From the NCBI GenBank assembly GCA_038046765.1, contig JBBSVN010000005.1, positions 1 through 64,000 on the forward strand: a stretch of DNA of 64,000 bases. Reading direction: 5' to 3'. The DNA is from Candidatus Micrarchaeota archaeon. GTDB taxonomy: Archaea; Micrarchaeota; Micrarchaeia; Anstonellales; Bilamarchaeaceae. Positions 32,024-41,592 of the stretch are shown here, one piece after another (position 1 is the first letter of the stretch; each line of letters opens with the position of its first letter). A program made the translations under genes and the position numbers. The notes beneath the pieces are model-generated. The model searched no databases. It saw nothing but the letters and a program-made list of their open reading frames with translations, and had not been told where the DNA came from.

Positions 32024-32036
32024 GATTTTTCACCGT

Positions 32037-32078
32037 TGCACAATGCTCAAAACACAAAGCTCACAGCTCAATGCTTAA
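32037..32078. repeat. Six tandem imperfect heptamers (consensus WGCTCAA)
   Basis: tgcacaa tgctcaa aacacaa agctcac agctcaa tgcttaa, directly upstream of the RHH-GGGPS start. Confidence 0.75.
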
Positions 32079-32124
32079 ACGCATATATGTTTAAGTGTTT
32101 ACATGCTAAGATTTAAAAAGATAA

Positions 32125-33165
32125 CTATCCAAACCAATTTCCAAGTTTACTTTGCGCGCCCTTCTCCTTAACGACTTTTTCAATATCGCTTATTAGTTTC
32201 TCAACCCGCTCTAAAGAAAAGTCATGTCGTTCAACTAATATTTTACTTATCTTATCATGATCCATCTTGCCAAATTCGATCTTAACCTCCCTATTATGCG
32301 GGGGGTTAGTAAAAAAATCATAAACTTCATCAATATGTTCTTCAAATTCATAGTTATACTTTTGTTTTACATATTCCTTAAGGCCTGAAAAACTACCTAC
32401 TTCCTTTACTATTTTTAAAGCAGTTTTTGGCCCTACTTTTGGTACTCCTGCATTAAAATCAGTTCCAACAAGTAAACCAACGTAAATAAGTTTTTCCTGG
32501 TCAATTGCAAGTGATTTAAGAGTTTGTTCAAGTCGTATCTCTTCTGGTTCAACTATAATAAATCTGTCCTGGCGCGGAACCTTTCTTTTACCCGTAATAT
32601 TTATGTTGCGAACTAAAAGTGGCGCTCCAAATAAAAGTGAATCATAATCTTGTGAAGCTGATGCATATACTTGGTTATTTTTTGCCATCATTGCAGCCTG
32701 CGCTTCACCTTCGCTTGGAGCCTGAATATACGGAATTCCCATTGCGCTAATTAATTCTTTAGATTCTTCAACCATTTCCTGCGTTAATCTTGATGAAGCC
32801 TGTGCAAATTTTTTAGCTCCGGCCATATCTCCTTCTTCAAGCGCTTTTTTCCATTTCCCTTCTGCTTCTAACCTATTTTTAGCTCGTTCATCACGCGTGC
32901 CTTTTTTAAATTTAGGGGCTACTCCATCAAAAACATAAACCAGTTTTATCCCGTTTTCTATTAATCTGGAGTTTCTAAAAAATAGCCCTGAAAGATGCGA
33001 TGTAATATTTCCTTTAAAATCAGTTAATGGATTTCCATCTTCCTGCCTGATACTTGCTAAAAATTGATAAATCGTATTAAATGCATCAACAGCAAGAACC
33101 TTACCAGATAATGATTGGAGTGTTACTGTATTTTTTACTGCTAAATCGCCTAGATCTACTCCCAT
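32125..33165 (-). CDS. fen: Flap endonuclease 1
   Basis: MGV, DAFN..YQF, VFDG, APSEGEAQ, SQDYD, GTDFN, C-terminal PIP box QSKLGNWF. Confidence 0.97.
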   Translation of the reverse strand: MGVDLGDLAVKNTVTLQSLSGKVLAVDAFNTIYQFLASIRQEDGNPLTDFKGNITSHLSGLFFRNSRLIENGIKLVYVFDGVAPKFKKGTRDERAKNRLEAEGKWKKALEEGDMAGAKKFAQASSRLTQEMVEESKELISAMGIPYIQAPSEGEAQAAMMAKNNQVYASASQDYDSLLFGAPLLVRNINITGKRKVPRQDRFIIVEPEEIRLEQTLKSLAIDQEKLIYVGLLVGTDFNAGVPKVGPKTALKIVKEVGSFSGLKEYVKQKYNYEFEEHIDEVYDFFTNPPHNREVKIEFGKMDHDKISKILVERHDFSLERVEKLISDIEKVVKEKGAQSKLGNWFG

Positions 33166-33194
33166 ATAAAAACCAGATTATTTCCTAAGTTAAT

Positions 33195-33677
33195 CTACTT
33201 CTTCTTTTTATCTGATTTTAATAAGTCTTCAAGTGTTGGTAGTACAAATTCTTTTTTAAGACTTCCTTGTTGCTCGTATCGTGTTCGCTCAACAAGCGTA
33301 ACGTGTAATACTTTTTCCAGTTTTCTTGCAATAGTAAGTGAGGGCGTTAATTGTCCCTTTTCAATTTTTTCTAAATAGTGTGCCTGCTCCCTTAACCTAG
33401 TTGCCAAATCCCCAATACTCATCTGTGCTCTAGTTCTTGCATCTCTTATTATCTTAGGTGCATCTTCTATAATTTCTTCTACAATCTCATTTGAAGTATA
33501 CGCTGGTGTTTGTATAATGTCTCCTTCTTCTTTCCCAAGTTTTCCAATAACGCTTCCAAATCTTGAACAATTTGCGCAAGCAGAAACTTTAGCGCCTTCT
33601 ATTATTGCGAGGTTAAATGCGTCATTTTTTCCGCAAATCTCACAGACAGGTTTTGCTACGTAATTAGTCTTCGTCAT
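33195..33677 (-). CDS. Archaeal multiprotein bridging factor aMBF1 (Zn ribbon plus HTH)
   Basis: CEICG...IEGA...CANC..FG and a Cro/C1 HTH. Confidence 0.9.
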   Translation of the reverse strand: MTKTNYVAKPVCEICGKNDAFNLAIIEGAKVSACANCSRFGSVIGKLGKEEGDIIQTPAYTSNEIVEEIIEDAPKIIRDARTRAQMSIGDLATRLREQAHYLEKIEKGQLTPSLTIARKLEKVLHVTLVERTRYEQQGSLKKEFVLPTLEDLLKSDKKKK

Positions 33678-33757
33678 AAAAATTCGACCTTTATCGTTGT
33701 ATGTCCTATAATATTCTAGAATATTCTAAATATTAATCAGGGCTAGAATTTTTATTT

Positions 33758-35149
33758 ATGCACCTTCCATATAATGCTATGAAATATCTACCTGTATTTA
33801 TATTGCTCTGCGTTTTGATCTTTTTTGCGATCTTACAATCGGACCTATCTGGCCTTTATAAATTTATTATAATTTTTATAGAAATGGCTGCAGTAAGTCA
33901 AATTTTAATTAATAAATATGGTTTTAAGGGCGAAATGGGTCTTGTACTTTTAAAAAGTAAAAAAGGTCTGGGTATTATTGAATCTCTTTCCAAGTACGAA
34001 AAATTCTGGAAAACATTTGCTGATTTGGGGATGGTTCTATCTTACGGGGCTTTAAGCTGGTTTTTCATGAAAAGAAAACTTGACTGGAAAATAATTCTAT
34101 TTGGTTTTATTCTCTTGGCTGCGCTTGCGTTTGTTATTGCTCCACTAGCACTAACTTATATTTCAACAGTAATTAAGGGAGGTTCAATTACTCCAACATC
34201 AAATGCTGCACCTGGTTTAAGTGCTGTTGCGATTGTTTATATTTTGCTACTTTTTGCTGGAGGAATGTTTGCAGTTATGTTAGCTAGTATCCTGCTTTAT
34301 GGTGTTTCAATTTTGCAGGCACTAATAAGTACTTTAATTTATGGTACTGGTGCTATTTATTCTACAAAACCCGGTGCAACGCTTTTATTACCCGGTATAA
34401 ATCTTCCACTTCTTGAAGGAATACTTGCGTTATTTGTAATATTAGTCGTCCACGAAGCGTGTCATGCGATTCTAGCAAGAATTGCAAAGATAAAAGTTCT
34501 TTCATCTGGAATTGTTCTATTTGGTATTATTCCTATCGGTGCATTTGTAGAACCTGATGAACAAGAACTCAAAAAAACCGAAGATATAAAACAAAGTAGA
34601 GTTATTGTAGCCGGTTCAACTGCAAATTTAATTTCGTGTATTTTATTCTTTATCCTTTTCCTTGGATTTTTCTCTGTTACAGGTAATTATCGTGAACAAG
34701 GGTTATGGGTTATATCTGGGTTAGGAGATAAAGATACTGTTATATATCAAATTGATCAGACAAAAATTGATATTGACAAAATTGATATAAAAAACTTAAA
34801 CTTAAATCTACCTAAAAGTTCAGATGTTACGTTGTACACAAATAAAGGAACAATTGTTAAAAAGACTGATGAAAACGGCAAACTGGGCGTTAACCTGATC
34901 TTACTTACAAAAGATTCGCTTTTTGGATTATACAATAATATCTTTTTGCAAGCAATCTACACTTTCTTAGGTCTTTGTTTTGCACTTAATTTTGTGATCG
35001 GTTCAGTAAATATTTTGCCAGTACCGCTTTTTGATGGTTACCGGATAATTGATATAAACATTAAACACAAGGCCATTGTAACTGGATTGATGTACATTAC
35101 GATTGCAGCGTTTTTAACAAATATACTTCCGATATTGTTTGTACGTTAA
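33758..35149 (+). CDS. Site-2 protease (M50) family membrane metalloprotease
   Basis: HEACH, GAFVEPD, AGS.AN, NILPVPLFDG. Confidence 0.92.
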   Translation: MHLPYNAMKYLPVFILLCVLIFFAILQSDLSGLYKFIIIFIEMAAVSQILINKYGFKGEMGLVLLKSKKGLGIIESLSKYEKFWKTFADLGMVLSYGALSWFFMKRKLDWKIILFGFILLAALAFVIAPLALTYISTVIKGGSITPTSNAAPGLSAVAIVYILLLFAGGMFAVMLASILLYGVSILQALISTLIYGTGAIYSTKPGATLLLPGINLPLLEGILALFVILVVHEACHAILARIAKIKVLSSGIVLFGIIPIGAFVEPDEQELKKTEDIKQSRVIVAGSTANLISCILFFILFLGFFSVTGNYREQGLWVISGLGDKDTVIYQIDQTKIDIDKIDIKNLNLNLPKSSDVTLYTNKGTIVKKTDENGKLGVNLILLTKDSLFGLYNNIFLQAIYTFLGLCFALNFVIGSVNILPVPLFDGYRIIDINIKHKAIVTGLMYITIAAFLTNILPILFVR

Positions 35150-35289
35150 TTTTTTTGTTTTTATCAACCGATAAAAAGACAGTGAATAAACTTCTCTGGA
35201 TTTTTTATTCATTCTTATTTTCTAGAATTAGTAATAATAACTAAAACATTCAATTGACCCGATCATAAGTAAATTAGTATATAAAAGTT

Positions 35290-35464
35290 TGCCGAAGGTG
35301 GAATTTGAATCCACGGCCTCTCGATTTCTCCAAGTGCTACAAAATATCATTGACAATATTGTCTCAGCACTCATCTTATTTCATATGAGTCGAGCACTCT
35401 AAAACCAAGTTGCTCTAGCTTCCTCCAATTAAATTTTAGAAGAAGATATCTGAGCTACTTCGGC
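35290..35464 (-). tRNA. tRNA-Met(CAT), elongator type, with two introns (D-loop 35410-35449; canonical 35326-35383)
   Basis: Acceptor GCCGAAG/CTTCGGC, anticodon stem CTCGA/TCGAG with CAT at 35385-35387; BHB central helix GCTC/GAGC for the D-loop intron. Confidence 0.88.
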
Positions 35465-35679
35465 ATAAGTATAAACTTAGTATCTACAGAAGCAGCAGCT
35501 TCTGGAGAGACAGTGAACTTGTTCACTGGATAAACACTCCTTACTAAGAAAAAAGTGCATTTTCTAGTTACAGACCTGTAGGGCAATGTGCATATATTTT
35601 TCTATTCGCATTGCCAGTCGGTTCTATACTCCTATAAAATAGTTCAAAACACAGAACTCAAAACAGAGAATTATAAAAA

Positions 35680-35814
35680 TGCCACAGGCCTGATTTGAAC
35701 AAGCGACCCCACCGTTTCTGCTCATTTTGGGAGTACTTCAGCTTCACAGTTTCTTTTAGTTAAATAAATTTCTAAAAGAAACAGGTGTGCTCTCCCAGGC
35801 TGAGCTACTGTGGC
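35680..35814 (-). tRNA. tRNA-Phe(GAA) with two introns (30/31 at 35743-35783; canonical 35716-35735)
   Basis: Acceptor GCCACAG/CTGTGGC, anticodon stem CACCG/CGGTG, GAA at 35737-35739; perfect BHB (CACA/TGTG, bulges CCT and AAG). Confidence 0.92.
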
Positions 35815-35936
35815 ATTAGTAGAACAAACTATGAAGGAATATTAATAAAAAGCGTTGGGTTGCAAACTTTGGATTTTTTAAGTTAATACAGTATAACCAA
35901 TAACCTTAAATTACCATTCTATCACATTTAGTTACA

Positions 35937-36199
35937 GTGAGGAGTAGGAAACTACGTTGCTGCAAAGCAATGAGGAAGTTCTGCCCACGATGAAGGTTTT
36001 GGCTCTAAGGGCTAGCAAGATTCAACAGAAACGAACCAGACTCTGGATGAAACGGGTTTCTTGTAATCTAATGAACGTGCAAGGTCTCTGGACCGCTTCT
36101 TAAAATCCGCAAGGATTTTCAAGAGCTCTTGAAACGGTAACGTTTCAAGGGATAGTCTAATGTTTTCTTAAAAAACAGAAGGCAGACTATACTTCTCAC
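35937..36199 (+). ncRNA. rnpB: RNase P RNA (compact, about 263 nt)
   Basis: P1 GTGAGGAGT/ACTTCTCAC; conserved regions GAGGAAGTTCTGCC, ACAGAAAC, TGAAAC, GTGCAAG, ACAGAAGGCAGACTA. Confidence 0.9.
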
Positions 36200-36283
36200 A
36201 ACTTTTATTCTATTTGTTTTTTCCACTAATCTTTAATTTAGACAACTATATGCTTTAAAAAGTGTTATATACTATATTATCTT

Positions 36284-37651
36284 ATGGGTAAATTACTTTT
36301 AGAACATATTCTTAATTTAGAACAATTGCCGGATGATGCTAAAGAAAGAATACTATCTAGGGTAGTTGCTACTGGTAGTGTCGATAAGTTAGTTGACGCA
36401 CTCAAAAGAGTTTATGTTACTCTCTCAAACTATGAATTTCAATCTACCAAAAGTTTGGTTGTAGAAGAACAAATTGTATATCTGACCGGAGTCACTTATC
36501 AGATTTTTGATGCATTACATAAAATCGATCCAAAAAATTTCCAAAAAATGGATATTCTTTGCATTGCAAAAGCAATAGTTACTCTATACCCAGTTATAAA
36601 TATGGATTCGGGCGCAAACGAAAAATCATATATTTTGCATGATTCTCTTACTTATCTGTTTGGGTTAGTTGCCAAGTTAGATAATGGGCCAAATGAACCA
36701 AGTAAATGTAAAATTGATCGTTTAAGTGATATTCCTGAAGTTGTTAATTCCCTACAAGAAAGTATTCTGTTTGTAGAAGATGAATACGACAAACTCCTTA
36801 TTCTTCGAGACCTAATACAAAAAATTGCAGATACTGCTCAAAGTGAATTAAAAACAAGGAAAGAAAAATTATCTAAAGAAGAATACTTAATCGAGCTTAA
36901 AATGCTATTCGCCATAAACAGAGCCGTATTAGAATTTAGAGATTTAGTTACAAGTGCAATGGTTTCTATTGAATCTGCACTAAGTGAATATGTTTCGCAA
37001 GGCGATTTTGCGGCTGCATTTAAACTGGCTAAAAAGATGGAAACCAGTTTTGCTAAAGCTGATGGTTCTTATATTCCTGACACTCCCATTAACCCTACAG
37101 ATCATGTTTTAGATTTGATTGTACGACAAAGAAATGCTCTTTTATTTGAATCAGGAATAGTGTACTCTGGAATCAATTCGCTTGTCGAACTATTAGAACA
37201 GCAAGCAATACATGAACACGCCAATCATTCATCAAAAAAATCCCAGCTTGAATTACTAATTCCTATTGGGAGTGGCTTAGATATTCCAACTAAGATTTCA
37301 TTATTAAAAAAATTAGCTGAATCCGCTCATAGCGAAGAAGTACTTCGTGCGTTAGATAAAATTGATCTGACAGCTAGCAGGGATAAGGTATTAGTTAGTT
37401 CAAAATCAGATAATACTCAAACAAGTGCGTTCGAACCGATTGTGTTGAGAGCTGTTATTGATGCAAAAGAACAACTTCTAGGTAACATCCAACTATCAGA
37501 TCAATTATTTGAAATTCCTCAAATCGTTCGCGCGGTTAGAGTTACGCATCAAACTATTACTTCAAGACCGCCTCCAATACCTGGTTCTGAATCAAGACCA
37601 ACTATTCAAGCACCTAATGGCGAAAGAAAACCAAAAGTTTTGCGTGCTTAG
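36284..37651 (+). CDS. Hypothetical alpha-helical protein
   Basis: 455-aa ORF with TATA-like element upstream; Pro-rich C-tail. Confidence 0.65.
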   Translation: MGKLLLEHILNLEQLPDDAKERILSRVVATGSVDKLVDALKRVYVTLSNYEFQSTKSLVVEEQIVYLTGVTYQIFDALHKIDPKNFQKMDILCIAKAIVTLYPVINMDSGANEKSYILHDSLTYLFGLVAKLDNGPNEPSKCKIDRLSDIPEVVNSLQESILFVEDEYDKLLILRDLIQKIADTAQSELKTRKEKLSKEEYLIELKMLFAINRAVLEFRDLVTSAMVSIESALSEYVSQGDFAAAFKLAKKMETSFAKADGSYIPDTPINPTDHVLDLIVRQRNALLFESGIVYSGINSLVELLEQQAIHEHANHSSKKSQLELLIPIGSGLDIPTKISLLKKLAESAHSEEVLRALDKIDLTASRDKVLVSSKSDNTQTSAFEPIVLRAVIDAKEQLLGNIQLSDQLFEIPQIVRAVRVTHQTITSRPPPIPGSESRPTIQAPNGERKPKVLRA

Positions 37652-37655
37652 TATG

Positions 37656-37879
37656 TTAAAGCTTGAATCGTTTTCTTTTACATTCCGGGCAAATCCCTGT
37701 TTTCCTGGTTCTTCTTAGGTACACAACAATTTCTTCAGGCATGTCATGCATGCCAGCAAAAGCATAACTTTTAAATTGAAAACTACCCATTAGAAACTGT
37801 CTAGGTTTGATAAAGTTCATATTTGGTTTACACCGAATATGATTTTATCATTTTTCTATCCCAAACTGGGAGAAGCGCC
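37656..37879 (-). mobile_element. Truncated ISL3-like insertion sequence remnant (left end plus 44-aa transposase N-terminus, 37656-37790)
   Basis: Minus strand starts GGCGCTTCTCCCAG (ISL3-like end); ORF MGSFQFKSYAFAGM...IVVYLRRTRKTGICPECKRKRFKL* resembles the ISL3 Zn-finger start. Confidence 0.5.
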
Positions 37880-37905
37880 GGAATTTATTATGTTGGTTGA
37901 ATTAA

Positions 37906-38427
37906 ATGAAACCCGCTTCGATATTCAAATCCGAAAGAAATAATTTTTCTTTAATCAAATCTCTTGGCTGGTTGTTTATTCTACTTTTCGCCATTTCAAT
38001 AATTAGTGCGCTAACTGCTATCGATTATAATATGTTTATTAATCCAATATTTATGTTGTCGATTATTTTTTTACTATATTTCATATATCCCCTGTTAAAA
38101 ATATTAAATTCTGACACGGTCTGTTTTGAATTGTTTGAAGATAAAATAAACTTCTATAAAGAGTCAGGTAGATACGAAATATTTAGTATGAATCAACTTG
38201 AATCTGTAAATCTTTTGGATCCCAGTATATTTCGAGTCAAATCTGTACATACTGGAAGACTATTAGATTTCAACTTAAAAAATAAAATAAATACATTTAT
38301 CTTTAATGACAACCCTGAAACTTTTATAACTACGCTAAAAAATCTGGGATTTGAAGAAAAGAAAGGAAATTTTCTGGAAAATATTTTGTATCGAAAAAGG
38401 TTTTTTAAGAAATCCAGAATAAACTGA
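37906..38427 (+). CDS. Hypothetical membrane protein (2 TM plus possible PH-like domain)
   Basis: Two N-terminal TMs followed by a soluble beta-rich region. Confidence 0.55.
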   Translation: MKPASIFKSERNNFSLIKSLGWLFILLFAISIISALTAIDYNMFINPIFMLSIIFLLYFIYPLLKILNSDTVCFELFEDKINFYKESGRYEIFSMNQLESVNLLDPSIFRVKSVHTGRLLDFNLKNKINTFIFNDNPETFITTLKNLGFEEKKGNFLENILYRKRFFKKSRIN

Positions 38428-38524
38428 TTGGTAACTTCTCCAAGACAATTTAATGCAATTGGGGAAATGGACGAATATCTAGCTTCTAAATAATTCGTTT
38501 CGTATTCTAATTAACTTTCAATAC

Positions 38525-39847
38525 CTAATTCATCTTCAATCCAGCCATATTTCCGCCTTTCATCATCTTCTCAATTTGTGATCGGAATCCTCGATTCTTT
38601 CTAAACATGTTCATCATCTTTTCAATCTTTTCAAACTGTGCTAGGAATTCTCGTACGTCTTTTTCGCCCGTCCCGCTTCCCTTAGCAATTCTCGCAACAC
38701 GAGTTGGCTGTTTCTTTAAAAGTGCGGCATCTTTCTTCTCCTTTTTAGTCATAGAATTAATCATTGCTTCGTATTTTTTCATTTTTCCTTCGCTTTGTTG
38801 AACTACGTCTTTTGGCAAATCGCTAACTCCGAGCATTCCCATTACATTTCCTAATGGTCCTAGTTTCTTAGCTGCCTTTAGTTGTTGATAAAAAGTTTCG
38901 ATCGTAAGTTCTTCGGATTCGATATTCTTTAGGTTTTCTTCTTTTGCGATTTTTTGTATTTTTTCCATTAAGGCCCCGATATCCGGAACTCCTAATAATT
39001 TTCCAACAAATTTTTCAGAATTATAAATTTCAAAATCTTCAACTTTTTCTCCAGTTCCAATGAATGCGACTTTCGCTTCGGTTGCGCCAACTGCGCTTAA
39101 AGCTCCACCTCCTTTTCCGCTTCCATCCATCTTAGTAACGATTACTCCGCTTAGTTTTGCGATTTTGTTAAATTCCTCTGCCTGTTTACTTGCAATTTGT
39201 CCAATGTCACCACTAATAACAAGGTAGACTTCTTCTGGCTCAAGTACATCGTTAATTTTTTGTAGTTCGCTAGCTAAATCGTTATCAAACGCACTTCGAC
39301 CTGCGCTATCAACAATTATTACATCGCTTTTAAGAGTTTTGATTCCGCGTTCAACAATTTTTGAAGCATTTTTCTCATCCTTGATAGTGAAGAATTCAAC
39401 ATTAGATTTCTTTGCTAACTGTTCCAATTGTTCTTGCGCAGCAGGTCTATCAACGTCGGCAGCAATAACTCCCGCACTTAGGCCTCGACCTTTATAGAAA
39501 TTAGCTAGTTTGTTAACGCTCGTAGTTTTACCAGAACCAAACAAACCGCAAATAAGTACTTTGTGTTTATCCATTCTTGGGGTGTAACTCGTTCCCATTA
39601 GGTTTACAAGTTCTTCGTACACAACTTTTAGTACGTGTTCCTTCAAACTAAGCGCCTGCATTTTATCTGTTTTTAGGCTTCTCTCTTCAATTCGTTTTGA
39701 TAAAGCTAAAACTAGTTTTACGTTTACATCGCTTGAAATTAATACGCGTTGTAAGTCTTTAATCAAAGCTCGCACTGCTTCTTCATCAACGTAAGCTTTG
39801 CCGCTTAATTTGGCAAGCGTTTCGCGTAATCCTTTACCTAGATCCAT
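38525..39847 (-). CDS. srp54: Signal recognition particle 54 kDa protein
   Basis: GLFGSGKTT, DVDRPAA, DSAGR, TKMDG, M-domain RIAKGSG. Confidence 0.97.
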   Translation of the reverse strand: MDLGKGLRETLAKLSGKAYVDEEAVRALIKDLQRVLISSDVNVKLVLALSKRIEERSLKTDKMQALSLKEHVLKVVYEELVNLMGTSYTPRMDKHKVLICGLFGSGKTTSVNKLANFYKGRGLSAGVIAADVDRPAAQEQLEQLAKKSNVEFFTIKDEKNASKIVERGIKTLKSDVIIVDSAGRSAFDNDLASELQKINDVLEPEEVYLVISGDIGQIASKQAEEFNKIAKLSGVIVTKMDGSGKGGGALSAVGATEAKVAFIGTGEKVEDFEIYNSEKFVGKLLGVPDIGALMEKIQKIAKEENLKNIESEELTIETFYQQLKAAKKLGPLGNVMGMLGVSDLPKDVVQQSEGKMKKYEAMINSMTKKEKKDAALLKKQPTRVARIAKGSGTGEKDVREFLAQFEKIEKMMNMFRKNRGFRSQIEKMMKGGNMAGLKMN

Positions 39848-40080
39848 TATTATCTACTCGTTACATATAACTTTTCTTATATCTTCTCGCGCGTCATTTT
39901 AAGTATCAATCGCAATTCGACCATGCACATTTGAATTTTTTATTGCATGGTCAGTCGAACATTAATATTTGTTTGTAAAATGTATAAACTTACTTAACTT
40001 TCTAATTATTTTCGACGTTTATGAAGAATATTAATATGTAAAACTAGTTTAAAATCTAAGCTTTGCACCAAAAGTGTGGA

Positions 40081-41415
40081 TTACTTTAACCGTTTTCCCA
40101 TATCTTCAATGTCAAATAACAAGACGTCTTCTCCAATACCTTCTTTATTCTTAAAAGACCTAGCAAATATCGCGAATTTCTCCTTTCTTACTTTGTTATT
40201 CCATTCAAAGTGTTTGGTTTTTTCTTTCAATAATTCTAAAATTGATTGTGCATTAACATCATCTTCCCATTTACATTCTATGAATAATGCCTCTTTTTCT
40301 TCTTCGTTTATTGCAATTAAATCTATTTCAACATCTTTGTGCCACCAGTTTCCTATCTTATCATAAGTAAATTGGTTTTCTTTTATCATCTTTACTAATA
40401 ATTGCTTGCATATCTTTTCAAAAACAAAACCCATGTATTGAGGATACTGTTTTTCAATATTTTTAGATGAAAAAATTCCCTCTTCAATAGAACTTAGATT
40501 CGGCTGGATAAATTTAAACCAGAAAGCAATAAACTGGTCTTTAATAAAATATCTTCCAAGTTTTGACTTTTCTCTTTCGGTTAATGGCACTCTTCTTTCA
40601 ATAAATTCTGTTTCCAGAAGTTTTGATAAATAAAAACTTACATCTGTTCTCTGAAGTTTAGCAAAATCCTTTATTTCACCTGTCGTTGCCTTGCCGTTTG
40701 CTATTGCTTCTAAAATTAACTTATAAGTTCCGACTTCTTCAAATTCGTATTTAATCATAAAATTCAGTTCATCTTTGACAAAAGTTGGGAACTTAAGTTC
40801 TTTATCAAGCCACTGCCAGAAGGGAGTTTTTATTTTTTCTAAATAATATGGCATTCCATCAGCAAAACCATAAATACAAGCTAGTTCAATAAAATCTGAT
40901 TTTGGGAAAAATTCTGATAAATGGAAAAATTCTAGTGGAATTATTTTGGACGAAAAAGTTTTTCTTCCGTATAAAGGACTAGGTTCGCTTAGAACATAAG
41001 ATGAAATAAGCGAGATTGAGGAACCAAGTACAAAGAACTTTAAATTACTATTTTTAAGCGAAGTATCAACTATTCGCTGGAATATTGATAAGAGATTTTT
41101 ATCTTCCTTAGCTAGATTTTGAAATTCATCTATTACAAGTATGTCTATTTTATCTTTTAAAAAATCAATGATTACTTCCCAGTCTTCTTTGAAATTTTTA
41201 ACTTCAGGAAAAGTTTGTGAAACCTTTGATACAAAATAACGGATATTATCTTTTTCAACTGCAAGGTAGTATATATGTTTTTTCTCCCTTATGCATTCTA
41301 GTATTAATCTTGTTTTGCCTACTCTTCTTCTGCCATAGAAAACGGCAAATTCAAAGCCTTTCTTAGTAATAAGGTTGTTTATCTGTGCCTTCTCTTTTTC
41401 TCTGTTTATGAACAT
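40081..41415 (-). CDS. Archaeal ATPase with C-terminal DUF234/PD-(D/E)xK-like domain
   Basis: FINREKE, YGRRRVGKT, IDEFQ, SPLYGR, EIDLIA...IECKW. Confidence 0.92.
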   Translation of the reverse strand: MFINREKEKAQINNLITKKGFEFAVFYGRRRVGKTRLILECIREKKHIYYLAVEKDNIRYFVSKVSQTFPEVKNFKEDWEVIIDFLKDKIDILVIDEFQNLAKEDKNLLSIFQRIVDTSLKNSNLKFFVLGSSISLISSYVLSEPSPLYGRKTFSSKIIPLEFFHLSEFFPKSDFIELACIYGFADGMPYYLEKIKTPFWQWLDKELKFPTFVKDELNFMIKYEFEEVGTYKLILEAIANGKATTGEIKDFAKLQRTDVSFYLSKLLETEFIERRVPLTEREKSKLGRYFIKDQFIAFWFKFIQPNLSSIEEGIFSSKNIEKQYPQYMGFVFEKICKQLLVKMIKENQFTYDKIGNWWHKDVEIDLIAINEEEKEALFIECKWEDDVNAQSILELLKEKTKHFEWNNKVRKEKFAIFARSFKNKEGIGEDVLLFDIEDMGKRLK

Positions 41416-41592
41416 AAGACCTACCTTTATATGTATATTTTAGAATATACATATTTATAAATCTATTCATAGACTACTTCTTTTTAATCAGTCTCTTTTT
41501 GTATAGTTCGAACTTGTATAGTTTAAAATATACATAATTAAACCACCCCCATAAAACATACATTTTTAAACACTTATAAGCAGAATTTAGAT

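Noticed and set aside
39919..39952. 9-bp inverted repeat GACCATGCA/TGCATGGTC upstream of srp54
   Set aside because: Single isolated hairpin; no further support for a defined element.
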